A stretch of 64,000 nucleotides of DNA, taken from the IMG/VR virus record IMGVR_UViG_3300027820_000029, positions 14,039 through 78,038 of that record; one strand, 5' to 3'. The position numbers and the translations under genes were made by a program. Below are positions 24,190 through 33,751 of the stretch, piece after piece (positions within the stretch are counted from its first letter, which is position 1; every line of letters starts with the position of its first letter). The notes beneath the pieces are model-generated. The model saw only the letters and a list, made by a program, of their open reading frames with translations. It was not told where the DNA came from and made no database searches. This DNA is from a virus. Taxonomy: Duplodnaviria > Caudoviricetes.

Positions 24190-27111
24190 ATGGCTGCTCC
24201 AGTAATTGAAATCGGTGATCTAACAAATAGTTCCAATAATTCAGTCGACACAACTCCAGATGTTAGTTATCCAGCCTATGCGGATGGTGATTTACTTATC
24301 ACCGTTCTTGCAATGGATGACGATACAGTTAATTTCCCTATTACCCCGCCGTCAACTGGCCCTTTCAGTGAGACTCTAGAATTTACAGCAGTTGCTGGCG
24401 ATACCGGGTCTCAGGCTGGTCCTGGTATAGGACTTATCGCATGGGTAGGAACAGATAGTAGAAGCAGTGGGGCACACGCTTGGGCTATTGGTAGCACGGG
24501 GCAACGTTGGAATGCGTATACAATTCTCGTTCCAGCGGGCGAGTTTGATGCAGGCACTCCTATAGATTCGGTTTCTGATATAGGCGGCAATGCTACCTCA
24601 AGTAATAATGTTACGACCCCTTCGTGGGATACTGACACGGCGGGTGGACGTGTTCTTGTAGGCTGTGCGGTCGATACTAGGGCCTGGGGCGCAGCAGCTT
24701 CTGGATGGACAACAGTTGATTCTGATGAAGCTACAACAGTCACCATTGCAATAACAACAAGAAATGCTGAAACAACGTCTACTGAGACAATATCTAGCGT
24801 TACTCATACGATTGACGGATCAGATATTGATACTAGTTCTACAGTTGGATTGGTTATTAATGGGCCTGTTGCTGGTGAAGCTTATTCAATAGATGCAGCT
24901 TCTGGAACGTATACACTTACTGGTACTGCTGTAGATCTTAGTGGCACTCTTTTATTAGATGCAGCTTCTGGAACGTATACACTTACTGGTACTGCTGTAA
25001 CTCTAGATCCTGTATATAATCATACATTAGATGCAGCTTCTGGAACGTATACACTTACTGGATCTACTGTAGGTCTTAATACTGGATATGTATTAGATGC
25101 AGCTTCTGGAACGTATACGCTTACTGGTACTGCTGTAGATCTTAGCGGCACTCTTTTATTAGATGCAGCTTCTGGAACGTATACACTTACCGGTACTGCT
25201 GTAGATCTTAATACTGCTAGTGCTTATACATTAGATGCAGCTTCTGGAACGTATACACTTACTGGATCTACTGTAGGTCTTAATACTGGATATGTATTAG
25301 ATGCAGCTTCTGGAACGTATACGCTTACTGGTACTGCTGTAGATCTTAGCGGCACTCTTTTATTAGATGCAGCTTCTGGAACGTATACACTTACCGGTAC
25401 TGCTGTAGATCTTAATACTGCTAGTGCTTATACATTAGATGCAGCTTCTGGAACGTATACACTTACTGGATCTACTGTAGGTATTAATACTGGATATGTA
25501 TTAGATGCAGCTTCTGGAACGTATACGCTTACTGGTACTGCTGTAGATCTTAGCGGCACTCTTTTATTAGATGCAGCTTCTGGATCATATACACTTACTG
25601 GTACTGCTGTAGACCTTAGTGCTTCATTATCGGAAGCTGCAGATTCTTGGTTTAATGGTACATGGTGGAAATCTCCATTTTGGGGAACAACATGGTGGGG
25701 TACAGCAGTAGGTGTTTATTCAATAGATGCAGCTTCTGGATCATATACACTTACTGGTACTATTGTAGATCTTAATACTGGATATGTATTAGATGCAGCT
25801 TCTGGAACGTATACACTTACTGGTACTGCTGTAACTCTAGATCCTGTATATAATCATACATTAGATGCAGCTTCTGGATCATATACACTTACTGGTACTG
25901 CTGTAACTTTAGATCCTGTATATAATCATACATTAGATGCAGCTTCTGGAACGTATACACTTACTGGATCTACTGTAACTTTAGATCCTGTATATAATCA
26001 TACATTAGATGCAGCTTCTGGAACATATACACTTACGGGTACTGCTGTAACTTTAGATCCTGTATATAATCATACATTAGATGCAGCTTCTGGAACATAT
26101 ACACTTACGGGTACTGCTGTAACTTTTGATACTGAAGGCGCTTATACATTAGATGCAGCTTCTGGAGCTTATACACTTACTGGTACTGCTGTAACTTTAG
26201 CTCCTGTATATAATCATACATTAGATGCAGCTTCTGGAACGTATACACTTACTGGATCTACTGTAGGTCTTAATACTGGATATGTATTAGATGCAGCTTC
26301 TGGAACATATACACTTACTGGATCTACTGTAGGTCTTAATACTGGATATGTATTAGATGCAGCTTCTGGAACATATACACTTACTGGATCTATTGTAGGT
26401 CTTAATACTGGATATGTATTAAATACAGCTTCTGGAACGTATACATTAACTGGTACTGCTGTAACTTTTAATACTGAAGGTGCTTATTCAATAGATGCAG
26501 CTTCTGGATCATATACACTTACTGGTACTGCTGTAACTTTAGATCCTGTATATAATCATACATTAGATGCAGCTTCTGGATCATATACACTTACTGGTAC
26601 TGCAGTAGATCTTAGTGCTGGATACGTATTAGATACAGCATCTGGAACTTATATACTTACTGGTTCTACTGTAGATCTTGATCCTGTATATAATCATACA
26701 TTAGATGTAGATTTCGGAATATATACACTTACTGGTTCTATTGTAGCTCTTGAACCTGTATATAATCATACATTAGATGCAGACTCTGGATCCTATATAC
26801 TTACTGGTACTGATGTAGGATTAGGTCTATCTAATACTTATTCATTAGACGCAGATTCTGGAGCGTATACACTTACAGGTTCGACGACAGTATTTGATAT
26901 TATTTATAATCATACATTAGATGCAGTAGCAGGAACTTATACATTTACAGGAAGTTTTGTATTATTTGACACGGAATACACCAATAGTTTATCTTATTGG
27001 GCAGGAGTTAAAACTTTTATAACAATAATAGAAGAAGAAAAGGCTGTATCTTTAGTAAGTAATAATATTTCAATATATAATACTTCTAAAACTAAGGATA
27101 TGCCTATATAA
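24190..27111 (+). CDS. Repeat protein: N-terminal globular domain plus about 29 xxLDAASGTYTLTG repeats
   Basis: Repeats counted; includes a 204-bp higher-order repeat in three copies. Confidence 0.85.
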   Translation: MAAPVIEIGDLTNSSNNSVDTTPDVSYPAYADGDLLITVLAMDDDTVNFPITPPSTGPFSETLEFTAVAGDTGSQAGPGIGLIAWVGTDSRSSGAHAWAIGSTGQRWNAYTILVPAGEFDAGTPIDSVSDIGGNATSSNNVTTPSWDTDTAGGRVLVGCAVDTRAWGAAASGWTTVDSDEATTVTIAITTRNAETTSTETISSVTHTIDGSDIDTSSTVGLVINGPVAGEAYSIDAASGTYTLTGTAVDLSGTLLLDAASGTYTLTGTAVTLDPVYNHTLDAASGTYTLTGSTVGLNTGYVLDAASGTYTLTGTAVDLSGTLLLDAASGTYTLTGTAVDLNTASAYTLDAASGTYTLTGSTVGLNTGYVLDAASGTYTLTGTAVDLSGTLLLDAASGTYTLTGTAVDLNTASAYTLDAASGTYTLTGSTVGINTGYVLDAASGTYTLTGTAVDLSGTLLLDAASGSYTLTGTAVDLSASLSEAADSWFNGTWWKSPFWGTTWWGTAVGVYSIDAASGSYTLTGTIVDLNTGYVLDAASGTYTLTGTAVTLDPVYNHTLDAASGSYTLTGTAVTLDPVYNHTLDAASGTYTLTGSTVTLDPVYNHTLDAASGTYTLTGTAVTLDPVYNHTLDAASGTYTLTGTAVTFDTEGAYTLDAASGAYTLTGTAVTLAPVYNHTLDAASGTYTLTGSTVGLNTGYVLDAASGTYTLTGSTVGLNTGYVLDAASGTYTLTGSIVGLNTGYVLNTASGTYTLTGTAVTFNTEGAYSIDAASGSYTLTGTAVTLDPVYNHTLDAASGSYTLTGTAVDLSAGYVLDTASGTYILTGSTVDLDPVYNHTLDVDFGIYTLTGSIVALEPVYNHTLDADSGSYILTGTDVGLGLSNTYSLDADSGAYTLTGSTTVFDIIYNHTLDAVAGTYTFTGSFVLFDTEYTNSLSYWAGVKTFITIIEEEKAVSLVSNNISIYNTSKTKDMPI

Positions 27112-27122
27112 GAGGAAAATAT

Positions 27123-27527
27123 ATGAATGATTCCGAAGAATCTACTGACAAAAGTGTAAAAAAATGGTATATTTATATTTTATTAGCTTCTTTACTTTCT
27201 GGTGGTGGATCTTTAGGCATTAATTCATTAACTTCATCCGTACGAAATGATTCATTTACAGGTGCACAAGGTAAAGAACTTAAAGAACTTATGTATAATT
27301 TATATGGTGAACAAACTAAAAGAATAGACGAAAAATATAAAGAAATTAGTAAAATAGATGATAAATTAGTTATTGCACTATCAAAAACATATACGAAAGA
27401 TCAAATACGTGAACGTATAACAGATATAAAACATCGTATAGAAAAAGTAGATATAGGAGCTAAAACTAGATGTGCTCGTATGGAAAAGACAGGTATAAAA
27501 GTAAATGAAGATATACGACATATATAG
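27123..27527 (+). CDS. Membrane-anchored coiled-coil protein, possibly truncated by a frameshift
   Basis: N-terminal TM helix; continuing frame 27505-27639. Confidence 0.7.
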   Translation: MNDSEESTDKSVKKWYIYILLASLLSGGGSLGINSLTSSVRNDSFTGAQGKELKELMYNLYGEQTKRIDEKYKEISKIDDKLVIALSKTYTKDQIRERITDIKHRIEKVDIGAKTRCARMEKTGIKVNEDIRHI

Positions 27528-27638
27528 TCTTATAGCAAAATTACCTCCACCACCATTACTTACAGAAGTAGCTACAACAATAATTTCTATGCAAAAAGAA
27601 CATGATTGGATGGTTAATAAATTAAGGAGAATACCTTA

Positions 27639-27971
27639 ATGATAACAGATCCGACATGGTGGCTAACCTTTGATTATAAACTATCTTTAGTTGTTATAGT
27701 AGTTTCAGCTTTGATAAGTGTAGTTGTAGGAATATGGCGTTTATCAAAACGATATTCAGAAATACTTCACGGATTGGATGAAAAGGTTTCACATAGCGAA
27801 CTAAAGGCATTTAAAACTGAAATCCTTGACCATGTGGAAAAGTCTTCAGATCGGATCAAGGTTGATATGGCTCAAGACAAGAAGGAAAATCGAGGTGATC
27901 ACAAAGACATTTTAATATCTCTTGGTGAGTTAAATCGTTTATTTGTTACTCATATAGATAGAAAAAAATAA
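27639..27971 (+). CDS. Single-TM coiled-coil protein (holin/antiholin-like)
   Basis: TM helix LSLVVIVVSALISVVVGIW followed by a charged helix. Confidence 0.65.
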   Translation: MITDPTWWLTFDYKLSLVVIVVSALISVVVGIWRLSKRYSEILHGLDEKVSHSELKAFKTEILDHVEKSSDRIKVDMAQDKKENRGDHKDILISLGELNRLFVTHIDRKK

Positions 27972-27988
27972 AAGAGGATTACTTTAAA

Positions 27989-30900
27989 ATGGCAAAACAA
28001 ACAGTAGATTTAGGAGATGGACCTGATATAGGTATATCAGATAATTTGTATGAAGGGTTTACTAAGGTAAATGAAAATACAGATGAGTTATATAGTAGAG
28101 TAGAAAATTTAGAATTAAAAGAAAGTAGTGTAGTATTTGAACTTACAATTGATTCAAATACTTTATTTGCTAATTTAACACCTATCAATACTACTTATGA
28201 TAGTTATATAATTACTAATACTGAAGATTTAGATCCATTAAATACAGATCCTTTATGGGTACAAGGAGTACTCCCTACTCAAATAGAATTACCTGATTGG
28301 AATTCTTATACTTATTATTTATGGTTATTAGATAATACTACAGTTACTGAGGTACTTACATCTGATGGTTCTAGCGGGGTAACAGTAACACCAACAAGAA
28401 CTACTGAAACGCCAGATGATGTTACGTTTATCGATGTTGAGAACGCCCAACTAACCTTTGTAGTTACTTCCAATGCAGTAACAATCTCAGGATTACTCGC
28501 TCAAACAAGTATTTCTATTACTAATGGCGAATACTCTATTAATTCGGGTACTTTCACAAATGCAGATGGTGTTATTTCAAACACTGATACTGTTACATTA
28601 CGTCAATTATCATCAGGAAGTGTGGTGACAACAACAACAGTGACAGTGATACTGGGAGATCGTACTGAAACTTGGAATGTAACAACAATCTCAGATATAT
28701 TTTTACAATCATTCACCGCCACTGTTGATATCGATACAACGACTGCTGATTTAACCTGGGGATATCAAGGAGCAACACCTCCGGTAGAATGGATCATTAA
28801 AGAAGACGATACAAGTTTCCCTGCTGTAGATGATGGTGACTGGGACGACACGGGCGAACCAGAAACATTTGCCTTGTCTGATAACAATTCTCATACGCTG
28901 ACAGCGAGGGTAAAGGATGCTGATGATAATATCAGCAATGCTATTACTGTAACTGTTACTCCAACGACAAGTGCATCACCTACGATCACATCATTTACAA
29001 CGCTGAATCCAACTGCCGGTTCCCAGGCTTATCTATTTTCATTAGCAGCAACAGGTACCATCACTCATTACATGATTACTGACAATGACCTGGATCAACC
29101 TGCAGAGGGTGACGGTGGATGGGTAGCATGGGCAGGTGATTATACGGATGAAGCAGCTACATTAGATGCACTTGTCGATACGACGGTTCGAGCATACGTC
29201 AAAAATGATGGAACAAGTCCAGATGATATATCAGCAGCCGCTGCATCCTTTGTCGATACATCTGTATCGGGCATAGATACAGCGCCGAATGGTGATTATC
29301 TTTGGGTTAATGATCCATCAATTTCAGCAACAAACCTTGGGCGTACCTATTCTGGTTCTGGGTCTCTTACCTTGGATGGCACATCTGGGGGATTAGATGC
29401 TTTAGTAGATACTACTGGGGATGATGATAATCATTCTGTAACAATTGCCGGAACTTATACAGCAGTAACAATTCAGAATTTTGATTTTCAGGGTTCAAAT
29501 TATGGTCATATCTATATAAATAGAGGAGGCAGTCCCGGGTCGCCAATTGATGTAACAATACGGAATTGCAAGTTTGGCCCAAGCAATGTAAATGCTTCAG
29601 CACCAAATCTGTTTAAGTCTGCTATATCTTTATATCAAGTTAATAATTCAGATGTTGATATTTTAGGCAACTGGTTTGATGATCCAGATTCAGTTATGAC
29701 TTTCGAGAACTGTGATTCAATAGCATTAAGGGTGCGACATAATTTTGTTAGCGATACACATGCGCGGAATACTACTGTTAATTGGTTACAACGGGGAATT
29801 AACTTCATTATTAGTCGGGCTGGCTCATGTACTGGGGACATTTCAGAGAATATTATGTATAACCCAACGGGCACTGCACAGATGCAGGACTACTTCAATA
29901 TAGCAGATCCTCGGGGCAGCATAGGAACGCCATTTGATATTACAAGAAATCGCATTTGGTATCCTTCATCTACATCTAGTACAGAAGCAGTCTTCCAGAT
30001 ATCGGATGGTACCGCTAGTACCTATATAGATATGAACGAGAACACAATGATAGACGCAAATACATTTTTACAGTTTTCGTCTGGGCGCGGGCATCTATTC
30101 CGAAATAATAAGGGTTATACATCTGAGGCATTCCCAGCTGTAGGATCTGGTTATATCGTGCAGGTATATAGATATTCTATTGACCCTGGCGGACTATATG
30201 AATGTGAGTTCAGTAATAATACATTTTTGCATAATTATGATGATGGGAGTGGTAATTTAACTCCTCTCCGCGATGGTACAGGGTATTTTTACCCATCATA
30301 CGGGCGAAATGAAGATGGATCACAAGGCCCATGGAATCACGGATTGAGCAGCGAGTCTCCAATTACTGGATTTACTACCACTAATGACTGGAACCATTCA
30401 GATTGGGCAAATGGAGTTGGTAAGTCAGAATTATGGCGGGCATCCTGGACGCAGTTTAGTTATGCAGGAGCAGATGGACTTACCCCCACAATTAATTACG
30501 ATTCCCCATGGTCAGGTGATGGTGGTGATCAAGATTTTACAGCGAGAAGTGTTACCTCGGCAGCTTATGGTGATGGCGCAGCAATTAATTCTATTCAGCA
30601 GCACGATCTGATAGCCCTAGTATCAGGAGGCGTGGCGCCTTACGAGATCACTTTTGTAAATAATAAATCTGGCGGGATTACAGTTACAATCAATCCTGAT
30701 GGTCAAGCCGTCATATGGACAGAAGATGATACGGCAGGAGTATTTACTTACAATTACACTGTGACAGACTCAGAAGGATCTACAGCCACAGGTACTATTA
30801 GCGGAACGACTGTTGATTCATCTCCTGCTACATCCCTGCACTATGACCAGAATGATGAAGATTATATCTGTATCGATGTAGTAGATCCTCATGAGTATTA

Positions 30901-31399
30901 TGCAAGAACTTGGGGAGATCCCCCGCTATTAGCTGAATGGGAAGCAAGACCAGGGAGTGGATCACCAAATAATACTTATATGCAGTGCACCCCCTATTCT
31001 GGGAATATTGCTTCTGATGATGTCGAGACTGATTCTTGTGAATTAGTCTACAGATTGCATTTTGATGCAGACGGGACTTATACAGTCCATGTCTGCGGGA
31101 TGGCACTTGAGTCATCTAGTTATAGTGAGGTGTGGGTTGGTTTTAATGATGAAGTTGACTTGAATTATATCAAGGTCACAGTCGGAACTGACCCGATAAC
31201 ATCCGCTGACTGGTATTGGGATGACGGGACAGCAGATGGATCAGCGGTACAGATCATCGATCCTGCCAGTGGGGATACTAATTACAACCTTCATGTCTGG
31301 AAGAAGAGAGGTGGATTCGCTCTTGGTAAGATTGTCGTTACCAAAGGTGCTGAGCCAACAGGCGCTGGACCCGCAATAAGTCCACAGGCTCCATTCTAA
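27989..31399 (+). CDS. Large mosaic virion/adhesin protein
   Basis: gp9/10-like N-terminus, Ig-like domains, central beta-helix, cadherin-like FTYNYTVTDSEG, C-terminal CBM-like jelly roll. Confidence 0.8.
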   Translation: MAKQTVDLGDGPDIGISDNLYEGFTKVNENTDELYSRVENLELKESSVVFELTIDSNTLFANLTPINTTYDSYIITNTEDLDPLNTDPLWVQGVLPTQIELPDWNSYTYYLWLLDNTTVTEVLTSDGSSGVTVTPTRTTETPDDVTFIDVENAQLTFVVTSNAVTISGLLAQTSISITNGEYSINSGTFTNADGVISNTDTVTLRQLSSGSVVTTTTVTVILGDRTETWNVTTISDIFLQSFTATVDIDTTTADLTWGYQGATPPVEWIIKEDDTSFPAVDDGDWDDTGEPETFALSDNNSHTLTARVKDADDNISNAITVTVTPTTSASPTITSFTTLNPTAGSQAYLFSLAATGTITHYMITDNDLDQPAEGDGGWVAWAGDYTDEAATLDALVDTTVRAYVKNDGTSPDDISAAAASFVDTSVSGIDTAPNGDYLWVNDPSISATNLGRTYSGSGSLTLDGTSGGLDALVDTTGDDDNHSVTIAGTYTAVTIQNFDFQGSNYGHIYINRGGSPGSPIDVTIRNCKFGPSNVNASAPNLFKSAISLYQVNNSDVDILGNWFDDPDSVMTFENCDSIALRVRHNFVSDTHARNTTVNWLQRGINFIISRAGSCTGDISENIMYNPTGTAQMQDYFNIADPRGSIGTPFDITRNRIWYPSSTSSTEAVFQISDGTASTYIDMNENTMIDANTFLQFSSGRGHLFRNNKGYTSEAFPAVGSGYIVQVYRYSIDPGGLYECEFSNNTFLHNYDDGSGNLTPLRDGTGYFYPSYGRNEDGSQGPWNHGLSSESPITGFTTTNDWNHSDWANGVGKSELWRASWTQFSYAGADGLTPTINYDSPWSGDGGDQDFTARSVTSAAYGDGAAINSIQQHDLIALVSGGVAPYEITFVNNKSGGITVTINPDGQAVIWTEDDTAGVFTYNYTVTDSEGSTATGTISGTTVDSSPATSLHYDQNDEDYICIDVVDPHEYYARTWGDPPLLAEWEARPGSGSPNNTYMQCTPYSGNIASDDVETDSCELVYRLHFDADGTYTVHVCGMALESSSYSEVWVGFNDEVDLNYIKVTVGTDPITSADWYWDDGTADGSAVQIIDPASGDTNYNLHVWKKRGGFALGKIVVTKGAEPTGAGPAISPQAPF

Positions 31400-31470
31400 C
31401 TGATCATGATTCCAGAAGATCCTATTTGGTGGGGAACATATGTATTTGATTAATAAGATAGAGTTAAAAA

Positions 31471-31860
31471 ATGACAAATTTAAAAAGAGATGAAATAAAA
31501 TATATTAGAGACATTAGTAAGTCTGCATATGCTAAAGAAAAGGAATGCTATATATGTGGAGCCACAGAAGAATTACAATTTCACCATTTTTATTCTATGA
31601 CCTTATTGTGGGAAAAATGGAAAAAAGATAATGGATATAGCGTAAGAGATGTTGATCATATTTTAGAACTCAGGGAAGAGTTCAAAGATCATCATTTAAA
31701 AGAAATATATCAAGATACTATTACATTATGTAAGTTCCATCATGTAGAAAAATTACATAAGATATATGGAAAAGTACCATCATTAACTACAGCAGAGAAG
31801 CAAAAACGTTGGTGCGACCGACAAAGAGTAAAGTTTCAGGAGAAGTTGAATGCCGGCTGA
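31471..31860 (+). CDS. T5-like HNH nicking endonuclease
   Basis: CYICGATEELQFHHFYS...TITLCKFHH...LHKIYGK...KQKRW resembles the T5 nickase encoded between terL and portal. Confidence 0.85.
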   Translation: MTNLKRDEIKYIRDISKSAYAKEKECYICGATEELQFHHFYSMTLLWEKWKKDNGYSVRDVDHILELREEFKDHHLKEIYQDTITLCKFHHVEKLHKIYGKVPSLTTAEKQKRWCDRQRVKFQEKLNAG

Positions 31861-32467
31861 AAAAACTAAAGCTAGAAGTAAATTATGGCAAAATTTAGAT
31901 TCTTTAGATTCTAGATTAGATACTATAGAAACACTAAAATGGGAGGATCTGAGATTTCCAGCCATAGGGCGAAATATTGATGTTTCGGCTGGTAGGATAG
32001 ATTATGATTTTGCCGAACTTGGGGTTGGATTCGCAAATAATACTCGATATACTGAAGAGATGGTAGGTCACATTATTCAATTGCCGCATGCTTGGGCCGA
32101 AGGCTCTGAAATAAATCCGCATATTCATTGGATACAGGCACAAGCGGCTGTGCCCAATTGGATGATTGAGTATAGAGTATATAATAATGGGGATACTCCT
32201 CCAGTTTCTTGGACACAAGCAATAACAAATACGCCAGCATTTACTTATACTAGTGGTAGTATAGCACAGATAAGCGGTTTTTCTAGCATCTCGATGACAG
32301 GTTTAACAGTGTCTTGTATGGTGGATATAAAACTATACCGGGATACAGGGAATGTTAGTACACTTTTTTCTGGGGCAGATCCTGTAAATACAACAGTGCT
32401 TTTGAAGGAGTTTGACATTCATTACCAAAGTGATGCACGTGGTTCAGTTGTGGAGTACACAAAATAA
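31850..32467 (+). CDS. Putative virion protein
   Basis: WEDLRFP...QLPHAW.EG...PHIHW motif family; N-terminus shared with 32703. Confidence 0.7.
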   Translation: MPAEKTKARSKLWQNLDSLDSRLDTIETLKWEDLRFPAIGRNIDVSAGRIDYDFAELGVGFANNTRYTEEMVGHIIQLPHAWAEGSEINPHIHWIQAQAAVPNWMIEYRVYNNGDTPPVSWTQAITNTPAFTYTSGSIAQISGFSSISMTGLTVSCMVDIKLYRDTGNVSTLFSGADPVNTTVLLKEFDIHYQSDARGSVVEYTK

Positions 32468-32484
32468 AATATAATAAAATAAAT

Positions 32485-32652
32485 GGCGAAAAGGTTTAGC
32501 GACCCTGGTAGTACTCCGATTACTATCTAGCCTTATTCATCGGAGAAATAGTATATCATGTTAAATTAGTTAGTAGATTGCATGTATCAAGTAATCTTCA
32601 GATAATTACGGCTGAAGAGAATTTACAAAAGAGTAATAAGTTTAAAACATAG
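32485..32652 (+). pseudogene. Internally deleted HNH cassette: 5' structured element plus last ~30 HNH codons
   Basis: KLVSRLHVSSNLQIITAEENLQKSNKFKT* aligns to the 35085 HNH C-terminus; no start codon in that frame. Confidence 0.8.
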
Positions 32653-32702
32653 CTCTAAAAAATATAATAACGTAGAGACGAGCAAAAAGAGGAATTAAGA
32701 AA

Positions 32703-33494
32703 ATGAGTAGAGCACAACGTACTAAAAGTAGAGCAAAATTATATAATGCCCTTAGTGGTGTAAAAGAGATTACAGGAGCAGGCGGTGAATTAGCTGTAGG
32801 TTCAATTGATTTTGGGGCTGTAGCAATTCCTACAGATACCGTGACAATTGGTGATTATGTGTTTGAATTTACATTAGCTGCTTCAGAAGCAGCTGGAACT
32901 TCCGCCGGGACAGCGGCAGATCCCCATCTAGTAGCCCATGGAGCAAATGTACAAGCTTCGTCAGATAATCTTGCAGCACAAATTTTAGCTGAAACAGCGA
33001 CAACTGGAGCTTGGGGTTACCTTTACCCCGATGATTCTGTGGGTTGTGTAGCAGACGGTACAGATAAAGTAACATTAACCTTTTGGCCTGGTGCATGGGC
33101 TAATGATGTAACTATAGTAGATGGCTGCGATACAGCGGGTGTAGTTGTACAACCTGTAACTGCCTCTTTAGGGGTAGACGCGCCAATAATAGATTTTAAT
33201 GTTAAGCGTAATATTTTAGATACAACAGGAAGTGCATCTAATCAGGAATACTATGTTTTAGATGATGGCGAAGTTGTAGGTGATACAGCAACTATTACTG
33301 TTAAAACTTTTGCTTCTGGGGATACCCCAACAGTTCTAGGACATTTTGAAGAAATAGGTACGCCTATGGTGGAAATGGAAATGGTCACTGCAGAACCTGG
33401 TGTAACTGTAGAGTTGCTATGGACTGGAGCAGCTTGGGAACTTACAAATTATAGTAGCTTTGCAACAATTCCAGATTTTACAGCTTCAGCGTAA
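32703..33494 (+). CDS. Putative head decoration / virion protein
   Basis: Acidic, beta-rich; next to portal, where T5 encodes head-associated proteins. Confidence 0.65.
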   Translation: MSRAQRTKSRAKLYNALSGVKEITGAGGELAVGSIDFGAVAIPTDTVTIGDYVFEFTLAASEAAGTSAGTAADPHLVAHGANVQASSDNLAAQILAETATTGAWGYLYPDDSVGCVADGTDKVTLTFWPGAWANDVTIVDGCDTAGVVVQPVTASLGVDAPIIDFNVKRNILDTTGSASNQEYYVLDDGEVVGDTATITVKTFASGDTPTVLGHFEEIGTPMVEMEMVTAEPGVTVELLWTGAAWELTNYSSFATIPDFTASA

Positions 33495-33503
33495 TATCTA
33501 TAT

Positions 33504-33533
33504 TAAGTACCACTACTTCGGTAGTGGTACTTA
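33504..33533. terminator. Stable hairpin with C(UUCG)G loop
   Basis: Perfect 13-bp stem; only a weak U tract. Confidence 0.6.
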
Positions 33534-33751
33534 TAGGAATATATAATAATGGAACAAATATATAACATGTTGAAGTACTTAAAAGAGTTAATAGATAAAT
33601 ATTCTATTACTCAAAATTATACTATGGTAGATTATTTAAAAGAATTAATGCAAAGATTAAGACGCCTATTAGGTGAGGTGACTTGTAATATGACTGTATT
33701 TTCTGCACATTCAACCCTTATATATTGTAATACAGTAGGGAAAATTATAAG

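Noticed and set aside
24900-26950. Long repeats as a CRISPR array or DGR template/variable repeats
   Set aside because: In-frame coding repeats without spacers; differences are not adenine-specific; no reverse transcriptase in the window
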